A DNA stretch of 64,000 bases from Octopus vulgaris (GCA_951406725.2 OX597838.1:23188001-23252000), one strand, 5' to 3'. Shown: positions 13,210 through 27,598, counted from the first letter of the stretch. Numbers and translations: made by a program. The notes: a model not told the origin generated them from the sequence alone.

Positions 13210-13580
13210 CATACATACATACATACATACATACATACGACAGGTTTCTTTCAGTTTTTTTTTTTTTGTTACTTTTTAGAAATTAACGGGAAATATAAAC
13301 CTAATTTCAGTCGATTTATCCGACTTAATGTCGTTCTCAATAAAGCTATTTCAAAGCAAAAATTTTTGTTTTTTAAATAAATAAATAAATAAATAAAAGT
13401 CAATACTGAAGGGGAAAAATCAAATAGAATTCATGGGGAAAATATATAAGCCATTTATTAAAACAAATAGAAGATAAATTAATTTTCTTTTTTTTTTTTT
13501 AATGGTCTCTTCGTGTTACGTCGTTTTTTCGAGTTAAGTCGCTTGGAACCAAATTATCGACGTAAGTTGAAGTATGCCCG
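12909..13580. mobile_element. pogo/Tigger-like non-autonomous DNA transposon interrupted by a SINE
   Basis: TA|CAGGTTATATACCTCAACTTACATCG at the left end and CGACGTAAGTTGAAGTATGCCCG at the right end form imperfect TIRs, with internal repeats of the ACTTA(C/A)GTCG-like motif. Confidence 0.6.
12970..13255 (-). mobile_element. SINE family A, 5'-truncated, nested in the pogo-like element
   Basis: Reverse complement of the family A 3' half. Confidence 0.85.
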
Positions 13581-14261
13581 CACAAGGGTGGAATTAAATC
13601 CGCTTAGATACTCTTTCTCGTTCCAGATTTGAGGCCTTTGAGTCACTACTGCTTCTTAGACGCGAATATTTTACAGACATTATTGCAAAGGGGATTGAGC
13701 GGAGTGGGTTGACAAAATGCCAGACAAAATACTTTGCCATGTTTAGGCTACGCCTCTTTACATTCTGATTTTTTTTTTTTTTTTTTTTTGTTGTTGAATT
13801 CTACCAAGGTCGACCTCGCCGTTTTTTTCATTCTTCAGGGGGTGTGGTGGTAGCATAACGGTACCGGTTAAGTGCTGAGGTCAATTAAATCGACTGTAAC
13901 ATCCTCACCACCACCACCACCGATAACAAACAACAACAAACAACTCAGACATTTTCTGGTCTTGTGCCATTATTGTTAGCGATCAAGATATCTGCAGACA
14001 TTTGCCGTTGTTTTTTGTTTGTTCCTTGAACTAGCAGACATGTAACGTTCCCCAACCCCACGTTTTTGGGTTTTTACAAAAAAAATTTTGGTTTTCTAGT
14101 CTTGTGTCTTAAGCCCGTCGCCAGACTTCAGTGCCTGGAGTGTGTATAGGGGGATGTTTCTGAATATCCTTTGGTGGAACTAATTTGTAATAATCCTTTC
14201 TTCTATAGGCGCAAGGCCTGAAATTTGGGGGGAGGGGATGGTCGATTACATCGATCCCAGG

Positions 14262-14650
14262 TGCAGGAGTGGCTGTGTGGTAAGTAGCTTGCTTACCAAC
14301 CACATGGTTCCGGGTTCAGTCCCACTGCGTGGTACCTTAGGCAAGTGTCTTCTACTATAGCCTCGGGCCGACCAAAGCCTTGTGAGTGGATTTGGTAGAT
14401 GGAAACTGAAAGAAGCCTGTTGTATATATGTACGTATATGTGTGTTTGTGTGTCTGCGTTTGTCCCTCCAACATCGCTTGACAACCGATGCTGGTGTGTT
14501 TACGTCCCTGTAACTTAGTGGTTCAGCAAAAGGGACCGATAGATTGAGTACTAGGCTTCCAAAGAATAAGTCCTGGGGTCGATTTGCTCGACTACAGGCA
14601 GTGCTCCAGCATGGCCACAGTCAAATGACTGAAACAAAAAAGAGTAAAGG
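14262..14650 (+). mobile_element. SINE family A, full length, inserted into a family B SINE
   Basis: Complete head, body and tail; family B sequence (minus strand) continues on both sides at 14190-14260 and 14653-14797. Confidence 0.85.
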
Positions 14651-14809
14651 GAGTGCTCAGCTGGTACTTATTTTATCGACCCTGAAAGAATGAAAGGTAA
14701 AGTTGACCTCAGCGGCATTTGAACTCTGAATGTAAAGGATGACAAAATGCTGGAAGGCATTTTACCCGGCATGCTAACGATTCTGCCAGCTCGCCTTAAT
14801 AATAATAAT

Positions 14810-15155
14810 GGTTCCAAATTTTGCCACAAGGGCAGCAATTTTAGGGGACGGCACTAGTCAATTACATCGACCCCAGTGCTCAACTGGTACTTATTCTATT
14901 GACCCTGAAAGGATGGAAAGTAAAGTTAACCTCGGTGGGATTTGAACTCAGAACATAGTGACAGACAAAATGTCACTAAGCATTTTGCCTGCTGTGCTAA
15001 CAATAGGCACAAGGCCTAAAATTTGAGGGAGAGGGCTAGTAAATTATATTGACCCCAGTACCTGGCTAGCACTTATTTTATTGACCCCGAAAGGATGAAA
15101 TGTAAAGTCAACATTGGTGGCATTTGAACTCAGAACATAAAGACAGATGAAATGC
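14810..15155 (-). mobile_element. Two family B SINE copies/fragments
   Basis: GACCCCAGTGCTCAACTGGTAC...ATTTGAACTCAGAAC. Confidence 0.75.
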
Positions 15156-15156
15156 T

Positions 15157-15166
15157 ACATACATAC

Positions 15167-15217
<51 letters not shown>

Positions 15218-15415
15218 CATACATACATATATATATACATACATACATACATATATACATACATACATACATATATATATACATACATACATACATACAT
15301 ATATATATACATACATACATACGCATACATACATACATATATATATACATACATACATATATATATATACATACATACATATATATATATACATACATAT
15401 ATATATACATACATA

Positions 15416-15447
<32 letters not shown>

Positions 15448-15554
15448 CATATATACATTATATATATATAACATATATATATATATACATACATATATAT
15501 ATACATACATACATATATATATATACATATATATATACATACATATATATATAT

Positions 15555-15587
<33 letters not shown>

Positions 15588-15997
15588 CATACATATATAT
15601 ATATATATATACATACATATATACATACATATATATATATATACATACATATATACACATATATATATATATATACATACATATATACACATATATATAT
15701 ATATATACATACATATATACACATATATATATATATATATACATATATACATACATATATATATATACATACATATATACACATATATATATATATATAT
15801 ACATACATATATACACATATATATATATATATACATACATATATATACACATATATATATATATACATACATATATATACACATATATATATATATACAT
15901 ACATATATACATATATATATATATACATACATATATACATATATATATATATACATACATATATATACATACACATACGCACACATACATACATATG
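15157..15997. repeat. Compound (TA)/(TACA) microsatellite
   Basis: Directly visible. Confidence 0.95.
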
Positions 15998-17039
15998 TGA
16001 AGGAACATGGCTTGGTGGTTAAGGTGTTGTACTCACTATTGTGAGATCGTGAGTTCAGTTCCTAGACCGGGCGTAGCGTTGTGTTCTTGTGCAAAGCACT
16101 TCATTTCACATTGCTCTGTGATCATTTCGTCATCTGGCATGTGGCACCCAGTTGCACCTGTACAGGTAATGTCGATCTGATGGAGGGAGTGAGCTTATGT
16201 CTACACAAACATTTGATCACTATAAACAAATCATCTGTGTGGTTGTTCTGTAAGAAATTGTCAAACCCTCAGACGTTGTCTAATGACGAGAGAGCCCCTC
16301 ATATATTCTCTCTTTCTTTTTACTCTCTTTTACTTGTTTCAGTCATGCTGGAGCACTGCCTTTAGTCGAGCACATCGACCCCAGGACTTATTCTTTGTAA
16401 GCCTACTACTTATTCTATCAGTCTCTTTTGCCGAACCGCTAACTTTGACTGCGGTCGTGCTGGGGCACCACCATGAAGGATTTTTGTTGAAAGAATTGAC
16501 CCCTTGGAACTTATTTTTTTTAAAGCCTGGTTCTTATTCTGCCGGTTTCTTTTGCTGAATTGCTATGTTGTGGGGATATAATCACACCAACACTGGTTGT
16601 CAATCGGCGGTGGGGAACAAACAAAACACACACTCATAAATATATACAGATATGCATATGATGGGCTTCTTTCTGTTTCCTTCTACCAGATCCACTCAGA
16701 AGGCTTTGGTCGGTTCAAGGCTATAGAAGTCACTTGCTTGATGTGCCACGCAGTTGGACTGAACCTGGAACCATGTGGTTGGGAGGTGGGGGGGGACACA
16801 TGGTTGTAATTATGCCGTGATTTGTCGAAGATTTGACTGCTATTTCTACCGTGTCAAATGATGGTATAGTTTTTCCCTTCTGTGAGTGTTTTTTGCTGAT
16901 GGTTGTCTAAAAACGTGGAATGGCAGAAAGAAGAGGAGCATTGGATAAATATTCATGTGTGAGGTGGGAGGGTATGAGGGCCATTTCGTTATGGCCTTGT
17001 TTATGTTCTACATTCAAATTCAACCATTTGTTGACCATA

Positions 17040-17655
17040 GGCGCAGGAGTGGCTGTGTGGTAAGTAGCTTGCTTACCAACCTAATGGTTCTGGGTTCAGT
17101 CCCACTGTGTGGCACCTTGGGCAAATGTCTTCTACTATAGCCTCGGGCCGACCAAAGCCTTGTGAGTGGATTTGGTAGACGGAAACTGAAAGAAGCCCGT
17201 CGTATATATATATATATATATATATAAAGTTAATCCAAACAAGAAAGCACAAAAAAACACAACGCGAGGACGTGGAACAAATATAGTATTATTGGACGCT
17301 CAGGAAAGAAGGAGGGTTTAATGTTTCGAGCGGAGCTTTTCGTCTGAAACATAGGAGAAGGAAAGATCCAGAGAAGGGAAGACAGAGGAAAAAAATCGCC
17401 AACGGTACACATGGTCAAATTTTGTATATATATATATATATATGTGTGTGTTTGTGTTTGTCCTCCTAGCATTGCTTGAGAACCGATGCTGGTGTGTTTA
17501 TATTCCCGTCACTTATCTGTTCGGCAAAAGAGACCGATAGAATAAGTACTGGGCTTACAAAGAATAAGTCCCAGGGTCGAGTTGCTCGACTAAAGGCGGT
17601 GCTCCAGCATGGCCGCAGTCAAATGACTGAAACAAGTAAAAGAGTAAAGAGAGAG
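17040..17655 (+). mobile_element. SINE family A with an HHR-bearing element inserted in its internal (TA)n
   Basis: Head 17040-17200, foreign segment 17228-17425, SINE resumes at about 17445. Confidence 0.85.
17316..17350 (-). ncRNA. Degenerate minimal hammerhead motif
   Basis: Minus strand reads gttt CAGACGA aaagc tcc gctc GAAAC ATT aaac; same family as 58117-58151. Confidence 0.5.
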
Positions 17656-17769
17656 AGAGTAATGTCCTTCTTTCTTCAGCTTTTGATGAGATAAAGTTCC
17701 AGTCAGATATTTCAGCCAGTAATTTGTAGCTGTGATGTCTACATCACTAATTATTGTTAATGATTTAAG

Positions 17770-18036
17770 GAAATGAGATGACAAATGAATTAATGATTAT
17801 CTTTTGAACTTCATTAGCTTACAGCCGTTTCTGCTGCAAGCTGCAGTGGACTCATAGCTGAGTGGCTGGGTAACACCATATAGCTTCAGCAAAATAAATT
17901 ACACTTCATATTCGAGATTCCGATGAAGCTGTGTTATTCAGACACTCAACCATGCGTTCACCTCATCCTATAGCAGAAACAGCTGTGAGCCAATGATGCC
18001 CATAAGATAATCGTTTATTCCTTTGCTGTCTCATTC
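17770..18036. repeat. Diverged fold-back with an HHR-like motif in each arm
   Basis: CATTAGCTTACAGCCGTTTCTGCT pairs with AGCAGAAACAGCTGTGAGCCAATG; right arm CCGATGA (17920)...GAAACAGCTGT. Confidence 0.65.
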
Positions 18037-18173
18037 TCTTATTACTGCTCTGTACTTGACTAACACTTTGTTCTGAAACATATCCATATTGAGTTCTACA
18101 TCACGTTATTAATCTTGCTATGCCTTAGCAAAAGATTAATAATTTAAAATGAAAATAAAGAAATAATTCTCTT

Positions 18174-18515
18174 AGGTGCAGGAGTGGCTGTGTGGTAAAA
18201 AGCTTGCTTCCCAACCACATGGTTCCCCCGGGTTCAGTCCCACTGCGTGGCCCCTTGGGCACGTGTCCTCTACTTTAGCCTCAGGCCAACTAAAGCCTTG
18301 TGAGTGGGAGGCAGACTGAAAGAACTCCGTCGTATATATATATATATATATATATGTATTTGTGTTCAGTTTCCATCTATCAAATCCACTCACATGGCTT
18401 TGGTCAGCTCAAGGCTATAGTAGAAGACACTTGCCCAAGGTGCCACGCAGTGGGACTGAACCCGGGGCCATGTGGTTGGGAAGCAAGCTTCTTATTACAC
18501 AGCCACACTTGCACC
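18174..18515. mobile_element. Two SINE family A heads in inverted orientation around (TA)n
   Basis: 18174-18332 (+) and 18366-18515 (-). Confidence 0.85.
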
Positions 18516-20066
18516 TATCTACACATGACTGCGCCTATTATGTGTATATCTTCTCTATATGAAAAATATATTTCACACAAATATGAACTTCGCCTTGTCT
18601 AATTATCTCTCTAATTAGCTGTACTTAACCACTTCTGTTTCATAGTTTTGTCAATCAGCTTGGTACCTCTGTAGTTGCTTCTTTCTCAAGTTTGTATCCC
18701 TTGAATAATAACACTGCTTTGCCAGTCTTTGGTGCAATGACTCTCCTACCTATTGACTCTAAGTGACTCATGCATAACCTACTTCAGTTATTTTCAGTAT
18801 CTCAACAAATATGTTGGTTCAGGTATTCCGCCTGCATTCCTATCCCCAATTGTCATTTCGATCCAGGGACAGGTGTGACTGTGCTTTTGAAAAGCTTGTT
18901 TCTCATAGGCACAGGACAGGTTGTATGGTTAAGAAGCTTGCTTCCCTTTGATGTGGTCTTGAGTTCAGTACCACTGGTTGGCACTTCAGGCAAGTTGTCG
19001 TCTGCTATGGGCTCTCGACTGACCAAAGCCTTGTAAGTGGATTTGGTAGACAGAAACTAAAAGAAGCCCATCTTCTGGGTTTGTGTGTGTATGCATATTT
19101 ATGTTTTGTGTGTATATATGTCTGTATGTATGTGTATGTATGCATATATGTGTGTCTGTGTGCATGCATGTATGTATGTATGTATGCATATATGTATGCA
19201 TGTGTGCATATGCTTATATGTGTGTACCCTTGTTTCGAAATGTGGTTGTAAATCATCATCATCATCATCATCATAATTAATTCCGGTTTATTGGCCACAA
19301 GGGCTAATATAAATCAAAAGCATGTAAGGACAAACACAAGACAATAAAAAAACAAAGGGCTTTGCAAAAAGAAAAGGTCCGTGTAAACATTATATAACAG
19401 TGAAAAATCATGCACAGCACCATTTCATTCTTTTTAGAAATCTCCTGCATCACAAATCCTCGGATACGTGAATTAAATGCTTAACGAAGGGAGATATTTC
19501 ATAAAGATTGAAATGTCCCTATTTTCACCTTATTCCCATTATACATGTTTTCCGGGACTTCTTTGAAACAATGTACAACTGAATGATCTCAGACACACAC
19601 ACACACACATACACACACACTCCTTTTGCTACTCCCAAGTATCTTGCTAGAATCCATTCATTCAGGTGAGTGTATTGTTTGTTTTGTTTGTCCTGTTTGC
19701 ACAGCAAAATATAATAATATATACACTTTAACATGCATGTGCACAGATACACGCATGCACACACACACACACACACACACCAAAACACACACTCGTTATT
19801 ATGTTCTTAGTGAACACAAAGAAGCTGAGCAAGTCACACACACACACTATCAGGTACCAATATACTTACGCATACAGACTATAGTTATAACCAGGCTCCA
19901 TTTTATCCACACATGCACACACACGCACATGTGCGTGCGCATACGCAATCAGGTACGAGTGCACTTACACAAACACACTCTCGTTATAGTCAGACCACAG
20001 TCTGTCTACCTGCACGCATAACAACCAGGTACCTGTATACTTACGCATTATAGTTATAACCAGGCC

Positions 20067-20103
<37 letters not shown>

Positions 20104-20565
20104 GATTTCTGGTACCACCATCACCACTTCCTTCTCAACTACCTCCCCCCACCCACACACGCGTTTGCTACCAGCAGACATCGGTTAAGTTCATACGCTG
20201 TTCCCAGCATATGATATCAGGTACAGAGCGTGTGTGTGTGTGTGTGTGTGTGTGAATTAAGGTATGTATGGAGGTATCATACTGTTCAAAGTATATGACG
20301 ACACAAGCTTTCCTCTCCTCTCCTCGTATAGAAAATCAATATGTATTAAACAGTGTCAGGTATTAAAATTTGAAAGACTTACCTCTCTCACTCACTTTCT
20401 CTTTCTCCCCCCCTCTCTCTCTCTCTCTCTTGCTTTGTATACCTGTTTCTTTGTATCTCCTCCATCAAGCCGTGTGTGTGTTTATACACACTAATAACAC
20501 CTTTGATAACACTTGTCCCTCTCATATATTTTATTGTTTTTGCTCATCATATATATATATATATA

Positions 20566-20609
<44 letters not shown>

Positions 20610-20975
20610 GTATGTGTTTATACACATACACACACACAAATGTACGCACATGTACGTGGGTGTGTGTGTATATATGTCTATATGTATATATATGTACACA
20701 CATGCATGTGTATATATATATGTATATGTATGTATATATATGTACACACATGTATATGTATATATATATATATATATGTACACATGTATATGTTTATATA
20801 TATGTACACATGTATATGTTTATATATATGTACACATGTATATGTTTATATATATGTACACATGTATATGTTTATATATATGTACACATGTATATGTATA
20901 TATATATATGTACACATGTATATGTATATATATATGTACACATGTATATGTATATATATATATATGTACATATGC

Positions 20976-21007
<32 letters not shown>

Positions 21008-21008
21008 G

Positions 21009-21039
<31 letters not shown>

Positions 21040-21491
21040 GTATATGTATGTATATATATCTACACACATAGAAAGACTTTGCCTTTCATTCTTTTGGGGT
21101 TGATGAATTAAGTACCAGTCAAGTACTGGTGTTCAGTGTGATAGACTGCCCCCTCTCCACAAATTCCAGGCCTTGTGCCTATAGTAGAAAGGATTATTGT
21201 TCCTAACCATTGTTTTGTATATATATATATATTTGTGTGTGTGTGGAGGCGCATGGCTTAGTAGTTAGGGTGTTGGACTTGTGATTGTAAGATTGAGGTT
21301 TTGATTACTGCACCAAGCAATACATATGTGTTCTTGAGCAAAACACTTCATTTCATGTTGCTCCAGTCCACTCAGCTAGCAAAAATCAGTAATCTTGCGA
21401 TGAACCAATCATATGTATGCTGCGGAAACTAGGAATCTGACCCCATGAGTCAGTATGACTTGGGAAGGATCTTTATCTTATCTTTATATAT

Positions 21492-22074
21492 CACAGGGTG
21501 CGAGGGATAAATTGTTGCCATATTATAATTTTTAATTTCGTGCATGTGCTTTGTTTGTTTTTGATTTTGTCAACTACATAGTATAGTAGGGTCAGTTGGG
21601 CACTGTCTGTGAGAAAACACCACCATGATGCAATAGGCTCTGCCAGAAATTTGGAGATGACACGCTGTACTACTTGGCATTTGTACTGGAAGCTCCAATA
21701 CGAACAAATGGTGAACACACAGGACAACCGTTGGCTTGCCATGTCTCCAAAACATGTACTGAGAGTGATAAAAATCAAACCTCCAGTCAACTACATGGTG
21801 TTTGGAGTGATCACCTGTGATGGTGATGTTATGCCTCTATCTTCCCACACATCCTCAGACTCAACACGGAAGCCTACATCAAGTGCCTGGTGGAGGTAGT
21901 GCTGCCCTGGGTCAAGAGCTTGAAATTTACCAGAAGGGTGTACCTGTGGTGACAGCAAGATGCTACCTCATATTTCTTATTAAGGGATACTGCAGGCTGG
22001 TATATGATACGCAGTTTTTCGCGGAGGCACTGCTGGCAATTAGGGGCAGCGGGCAAATATGGTGGTGCCCTGTG
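21492..22074 (+). mobile_element. Internally deleted, decayed Tc1/mariner-superfamily transposon
   Basis: Ends CACAGGGTG.../...GCCCTGTG; remnant NTQDNRWLA...MVFGVITCDGDVMP...LNTEAYIKCLVEVVLPWVK...QQD. Confidence 0.7.
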
Positions 22075-22756
22075 AGTGTGCATATGCATCTACTCACTAT
22101 GCATGCACATGAATATGTGCATACCCATATACATGTGCATGTGCTTGTGTGCATATGTACATGGAGATAAACAAACAAATGCGACTGAAAACAATACCTC
22201 CGCCTTCGCTAAGGCGGAGGTAATAATAATAATGGTTTCAAATTTTGGCACAAGGCCAGAAATCTTTAGCGGAGGGGGCAAGTCGATGACATCGATCCCA
22301 GTGCTCAACTGCTACTTGTTTTATTAACCTTGAATGGGTGCAAAACAAAATTGATCGTGGTGTAATTTGAACTCAGAACACAAAGAACTGCTGGAAATGC
22401 CGCTAAGAATATGAAATAATAAAGTCTTGGGCAAACAGTAAAACTGATTGTTAAATTTTTTTTTTTCTTCCTTCTAGACTATCATCATTTTTTTTTTTTT
22501 CTTTCTTTTAGAATTAGCTTGAAATTTAACTCGACTACGGTGATGGTAGCGGTGGTGGTGATTGAAAGAGTCGAGTGGAGAAAATTAATAAAAGAGATTT
22601 TAAAAAAATAAAATAATGCAAATAATTAAAACACGGTGATCTGGCAAAAAGGCAAATAAAATAATGATACGGTGCTTGAAGCCGTTTTTGTGCAGTAATC
22701 TTCTGTTGAATGTAAATATTTGAGATAGAAGCCATGAATTAGAATGTTCTTTTATT

Positions 22757-22970
22757 TAGTTCAGTCATTTTGACTGTGGCCATGCTGGAGCACTGCCTTT
22801 AGGTCAAACAAATCGACCCTAGGACTTATTCTTTATAAGCCTTGTACTTATTCTATCGGTTTCTTTTGCCGAACCACTAAGTTACGGGGACGTAAACACC
22901 AGCATTGGTCATCAAGCAATGTTGGAGGGACAAACACAATCACAAACATATACACACACGTATACATATA

Positions 22971-23052
<82 letters not shown>

Positions 23053-23218
23053 TGAATGATGGGCTTTTTTCAGTTTCTGTCTACCAAATCCACTCACAGG
23101 GCTTTGCTTGGTCTGAGGCTATAGTAGAAGACGCTTGCCCAAAGTGCCACGCAGTGGGACTGAACCTGGAACCACATGGTTGGGAAGTAAGCTTCTTACC
23201 ACACAGCCACACCTGCAC
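22757..23218 (-). mobile_element. SINE family A, full length
   Basis: Reverse complement of family A. Confidence 0.85.
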
Positions 23219-23229
23219 CTCTGTATGTG

Positions 23230-23272
<43 letters not shown>

Positions 23273-23275
<3 letters not shown>

Positions 23276-23500
23276 CAGCAAGCTGGCAGAATCGTTAGCA
23301 TGCCAAGCGAAATGCTTAGTGGTATCTCATCTGCCATTATGTTCTGAGTTCAAATTTTGCCGATGTCAACTTTGCCTTTCATCCTTTCGGGGTTAATTAA
23401 ATAGGTACCAGTTATGCACTGGGGTTGATGTAATCGACTTAATCCTTTTGTCTGTTCTTGTTTGTCCCCTCTGTTTAGCCCCCTGTGGGCAATAAAGAAA
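23273..23500 (+). mobile_element. SINE family B
   Basis: GGCAGCAAGCTGGCAGAATCGTTAGC...GAGTTCAAAT...AATAAAGAAAT. Confidence 0.85.
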
Positions 23501-23539
23501 TATATATACATGTATGTATATATGAATCATATATATATG

Positions 23540-23700
23540 TAGGAGTGGCTGTCTGGTAAGTAGCTTGCTAACCAACCACATGGTTCCGGGTTCAGTCCCA
23601 CTGCGTGGCACCTTGGGCAAGTGTCTTCTGCTATAGCCCCAGGCCGTCCAATGCCTTGTGAGTGGATTTGGTAGACGGAAACTGAAAGAAGCCTGTCTTA

Positions 23701-23744
<44 letters not shown>

Positions 23745-23965
23745 CGCGTTTGTGTGTCTGTGTTTGTCCCCTTAGCATTGCTTGACAACCGATGCTGGTG
23801 TGTTTATGTCCCCGTTACTTAGCGGTTCAGCAAAAGTGACCGATAGAATAAGTACTGGTCTTACAAAAGAATAAGTCCCGGTGTCGAGTTGCTCGATTAA
23901 AGGCGGTGCTCCAGCATGGCCGCAGTCAAATGACTGAAACAAGTAAAAGAGAAAAGAGTAAAAGA
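23540..23965 (+). mobile_element. SINE family A, full length, CpG-rich (young)
   Basis: Close to the family consensus seen in other copies. Confidence 0.9.
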
Positions 23966-24804
23966 GAATAAATGTATGTATGAATATGTGTTAAGGTACT
24001 AAAAGAGAATGACTCTCCCCAGACACAATAAAATATGCCTCAACACAGGAATTCACATAAAGAATCTCACAAACCAAATCCAAAAACGAAATATATATGT
24101 ATGTATGTATGTATATATATGTGTGTATATATATTTGAGAGAGTAGCATTTTATATTTATATATTTTAATCTTTCTTTAAATCTGGCAATAAATCAGATG
24201 GAAATTAACAAAAAGACTTTTAATTTGTTCATTAAGTCATCATCATCGTCACTGCTCTCATTATCATTATTACCATCATCTTCTTTTTTTTTTTTTTTTT
24301 TTTTTGCTTTCGGTATTATTTAGTTTTTATTTCTGCATTTCATTGGTTTTAATTAAAGAATCAAGTCTTTCGCTGTACTGGATGTGAATTTGTTTAACGA
24401 TTTATATTTATAGTTTTTTTTTTTTCTCCTCTTTAACTCTGCATTCTATCATCATTATCATCACCCCCCACACCACCACCACCACGTCAGTCAAACACTT
24501 ATGTCAAACACAGCCCTCCTTTGTAATATTTCTTTACTTCAGAACACTTCTGTTGTCCAGTAAAGGGCTCTTGTCCTCTCCACTTTGTTCAGGGAATTCC
24601 CCAGGGACAGCAGTGACTGCAAACACTATTATTTACACATTTGCTTCGAGTACTATATATGCATGTATACATGTACATGTGTGTGTGTGTGTGTGTGTGT
24701 GTGATCATTATCCGGTTTCCATGCTTGTATGGATTGGATGTTTTTTTTGGGGGGTTTTTTTTTTCCCCCAGAGATGGAGAGCTGGACCAGGTTCCAGTCT
24801 GATT

Positions 24805-25030
24805 TAAGTTAAGTTAATTTTTTGGCTCAAAAAGCAAAAAGCAAGGCCATGTAGGAGGACATGGAGTTATGTACTGGGTGGTGTTCATGCAAAGAGTTCA
24901 GGCCATTTCTGGTCAAGAGAGACTTTGAACCGAGCAGTCATCGGCAGCTTATTCCACGGATCCGCAACCCGGACGGAGAAGGCCCCTCTCCTTCGATTGA
25001 GATGAAATCGTCGCAGATAGAGCTTTTCGG
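24805..25030 (-). mobile_element. CR1/L2-type LINE 3' end inserted in another repeat
   Basis: KLYLRRFHLNRRRGAFSVRVADPWNKLP...FKVSLDQKW, with a short (TTAAC)n-like tail. Confidence 0.75.
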
Positions 25031-25799
25031 ATTTAGCATGGTTTCTATGGCTGGATGCCCTTCCTAAAACCAACCACCTTCACAGTGTATGCCAGGTGCA
25101 TCTCAAACGGGCTGGCATAAGTGCTTCTTATGTGGCCCAGGATGGGAGCTTTTTACATGGCACATCTACCTATCTACTGCTCTCTCTTTCCTCTCTCTCT
25201 CTCCATCCATCCATTCATCCATCTCTCTATCTTTCTCAATCCATTACTCTATCTATCCCTCTCTTTCTACCTATCTCTCTCTACCTACCTATCCATCATA
25301 TCCATCACTCAATCTATCTCTCTATCTACACACATACATACATACAAAACACAGATGTAGATCATCATTTTAAATGCTATCATCCACTTTTTCATGCTTG
25401 CATGGGTTGGATTGAGTTTATTGAGGCAAATGTTTTCTTCTATCATAGCCTTAGACTGACCAAAACCTTTTGGATGGATTTGGTAGCCAGAAACTGGAAG
25501 AAGCCTGTCATATATAATTATATATGTGTGTGTATGTGTGTGTGTTTTTGTACCCATTGTTGGTTTGTTTACGTCCCTGTAATGTAGAGGTTCAGCCAAA
25601 AGAGACTGATAGAATAAGAACAATCACATTGTAGTATTAAGTTACATCCCTTGAAATTCTGTGTTCATAACCCACCAACAGTTGAAGCTATCATCCATCT
25701 GCCCAGATTTGATTATATTTTCCACAGCCATGGAATTTTGTTGAAGCATTTTATAGAAACATCACAGCCATGGGATGTTATTAGAGTATTTTCTGGAAA

Positions 25800-26410
25800 T
25801 ATCACAGTTGTGGAAGTTTATCTTAGGGCTGTATTTGCAAGTGATGGGAATCAGGTGGTTGAATTGGATGCTAGAATTGCATGTACTGGCATGGTAATGT
25901 GCTAGGCCCAGGATTTGATCTTCTGAAGAGGAGCGGTTGGCGAAAAAGCCAAACTCGCTTTCTTCAATTCAGTTTTCCTGCTTATCCTTACCTATGGTCA
26001 TGAATGTTGGATAAAAACTGGAAGAGTATGATCATGAATGCAAGCAGCCAAAATGGAATTCCTCTGTAGGATCCCTGGAGTAGTGTTATTCTACAAGGTG
26101 CATAGCTCAGAGATAAGGGGTGTCCTCAGGTTGAGCTGCTCTTTCTTCACATTGAGAGGTCACAGATCTAGTTCTATGGACAAATGATTACAATGTCATA
26201 AGAAAGAGTCGGAAGATGGATTCTTCAAACCGAGCCAATCTGCTGGAGACTTAAGAGTAGACCGAGAACAAAATGGTTGGATATGACGGTCATGCTTGGG
26301 AATCCAGCAGAGAAATTTAATGATGGTTGCTTCTAATAGGACTCTATGGAGGAGTTGTCTGAAGACTCTCCACAACCTTTCCAGAATTGGCGGACAGAGA
26401 CGATGGATGG
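25800..26410 (+). mobile_element. Decayed RTE-type LINE 3' part
   Basis: YLRAVFASDGNQVVELDARI, ILTYGHECW, MQAAKMEFL, RPRTKWLD; (GATG)n tail. Confidence 0.75.
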
Positions 26411-26514
26411 ATAGAATTACTGCTGTGGTATATTATTGTAATATTTTCTAGAAATATCGTAGCTATAGTATATATTTTGACTCCACTGACCCATTGCCAC
26501 CATGGCGTATCATT

Positions 26515-26812
26515 ATCACTGTGATCGACCAGGCTATCAGATGTTGCTACACATTGCTGGTCACAATGCGCTTTGCATTGTTTTAGCCTACAAATGATGC
26601 CACCCTGCTGGCTAAGTGAGCAGGCCAACAGAAGAAAGAGTGAAAGTTGTGGCGAAAGAGTACAGCAAGGGTCGCCCCCCCCCTACCGGAGCCTCGTGGA
26701 GCTTTAGGTGTTCTCGCTCAATAAACACTCACAATGCCCGGTCCGGGAATCGAAACCGTGATCCTACGACTGCAAGTCTGCTGCTCTAGCCACTGGGCCA
26801 TTGCACCTCCAC
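26515..26812 (-). mobile_element. tRNA-derived SINE, family C
   Basis: Reverse complement of GGAGGTGCAATGGCCCAGTGG...TTCGATTCCC; related copy at 48957-49250. Confidence 0.8.
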
Positions 26813-27375
26813 ATATCATTATAGTATTATGAAATGTAACAGCTACTTGATATTTCACCACAGGATATCAGGATTGTTGTAAATATTATCTCTTTAATTT
26901 CACAGTTTCTCCTTCCACATCTAACACTATTTCTACATCATTATACAGCTTATTCACAGGCACGCCAAAGTGGCACCTAATATTCCTTTGTCATTTAATC
27001 CTGCTCAGTCCAGTGGAAAATGCACACTTTCTCTTGGTTGCTGGAAAAAGAAAAAAAAAAAAATTGAGGTTTTCAATATTTGTTCGGAACTAATGTTTTG
27101 ACTAAAAGTTGTTTTAGTATTGTAGCCAAACCGGTTTGTTTTGTTAGCATAAAAGAAAATGAAACTAAATTATGTTTGGTTCCTTTAGAGTAAAGAAAAA
27201 AAGAAATTTTTTTTTTAAATGACAAATTAAATCAAAACAGGCCATAATGCAAAAAAAGAAACAAAACATAATTTTATTAAAGTTAACATAATGAAAGATA
27301 ACACATTATAAATTGTATAAAACAGCATTATGAACAATGTTACGTAAAGACACAATACAATGGTATGACGTGCAG

Positions 27376-27598
27376 AAGGCGGTGAGCTGGCAGAAATGTT
27401 AGCACACCGGGCGAAGTGCTTAGCGGTATTTCGTCTGTCTTTACGTTCTGAGTTCAAATTCCGCCGAGGTCAACTTCGCCTTTCATCCTTTCGGGGTGGA
27501 TAAATTAAGTACCAGTTACGCACTGGGGTCGATGTAATCGACTCAATCCGTTTGTTTGTCTTCTCTGTGTTTAGCCCCTTGTGGGTAGTAAAGAAATA
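27376..27598 (+). mobile_element. SINE family B with 14-bp TSD GGTATGACGTGCAG
   Basis: TSD at 27362-27375 and 27599-27612. Confidence 0.9.
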
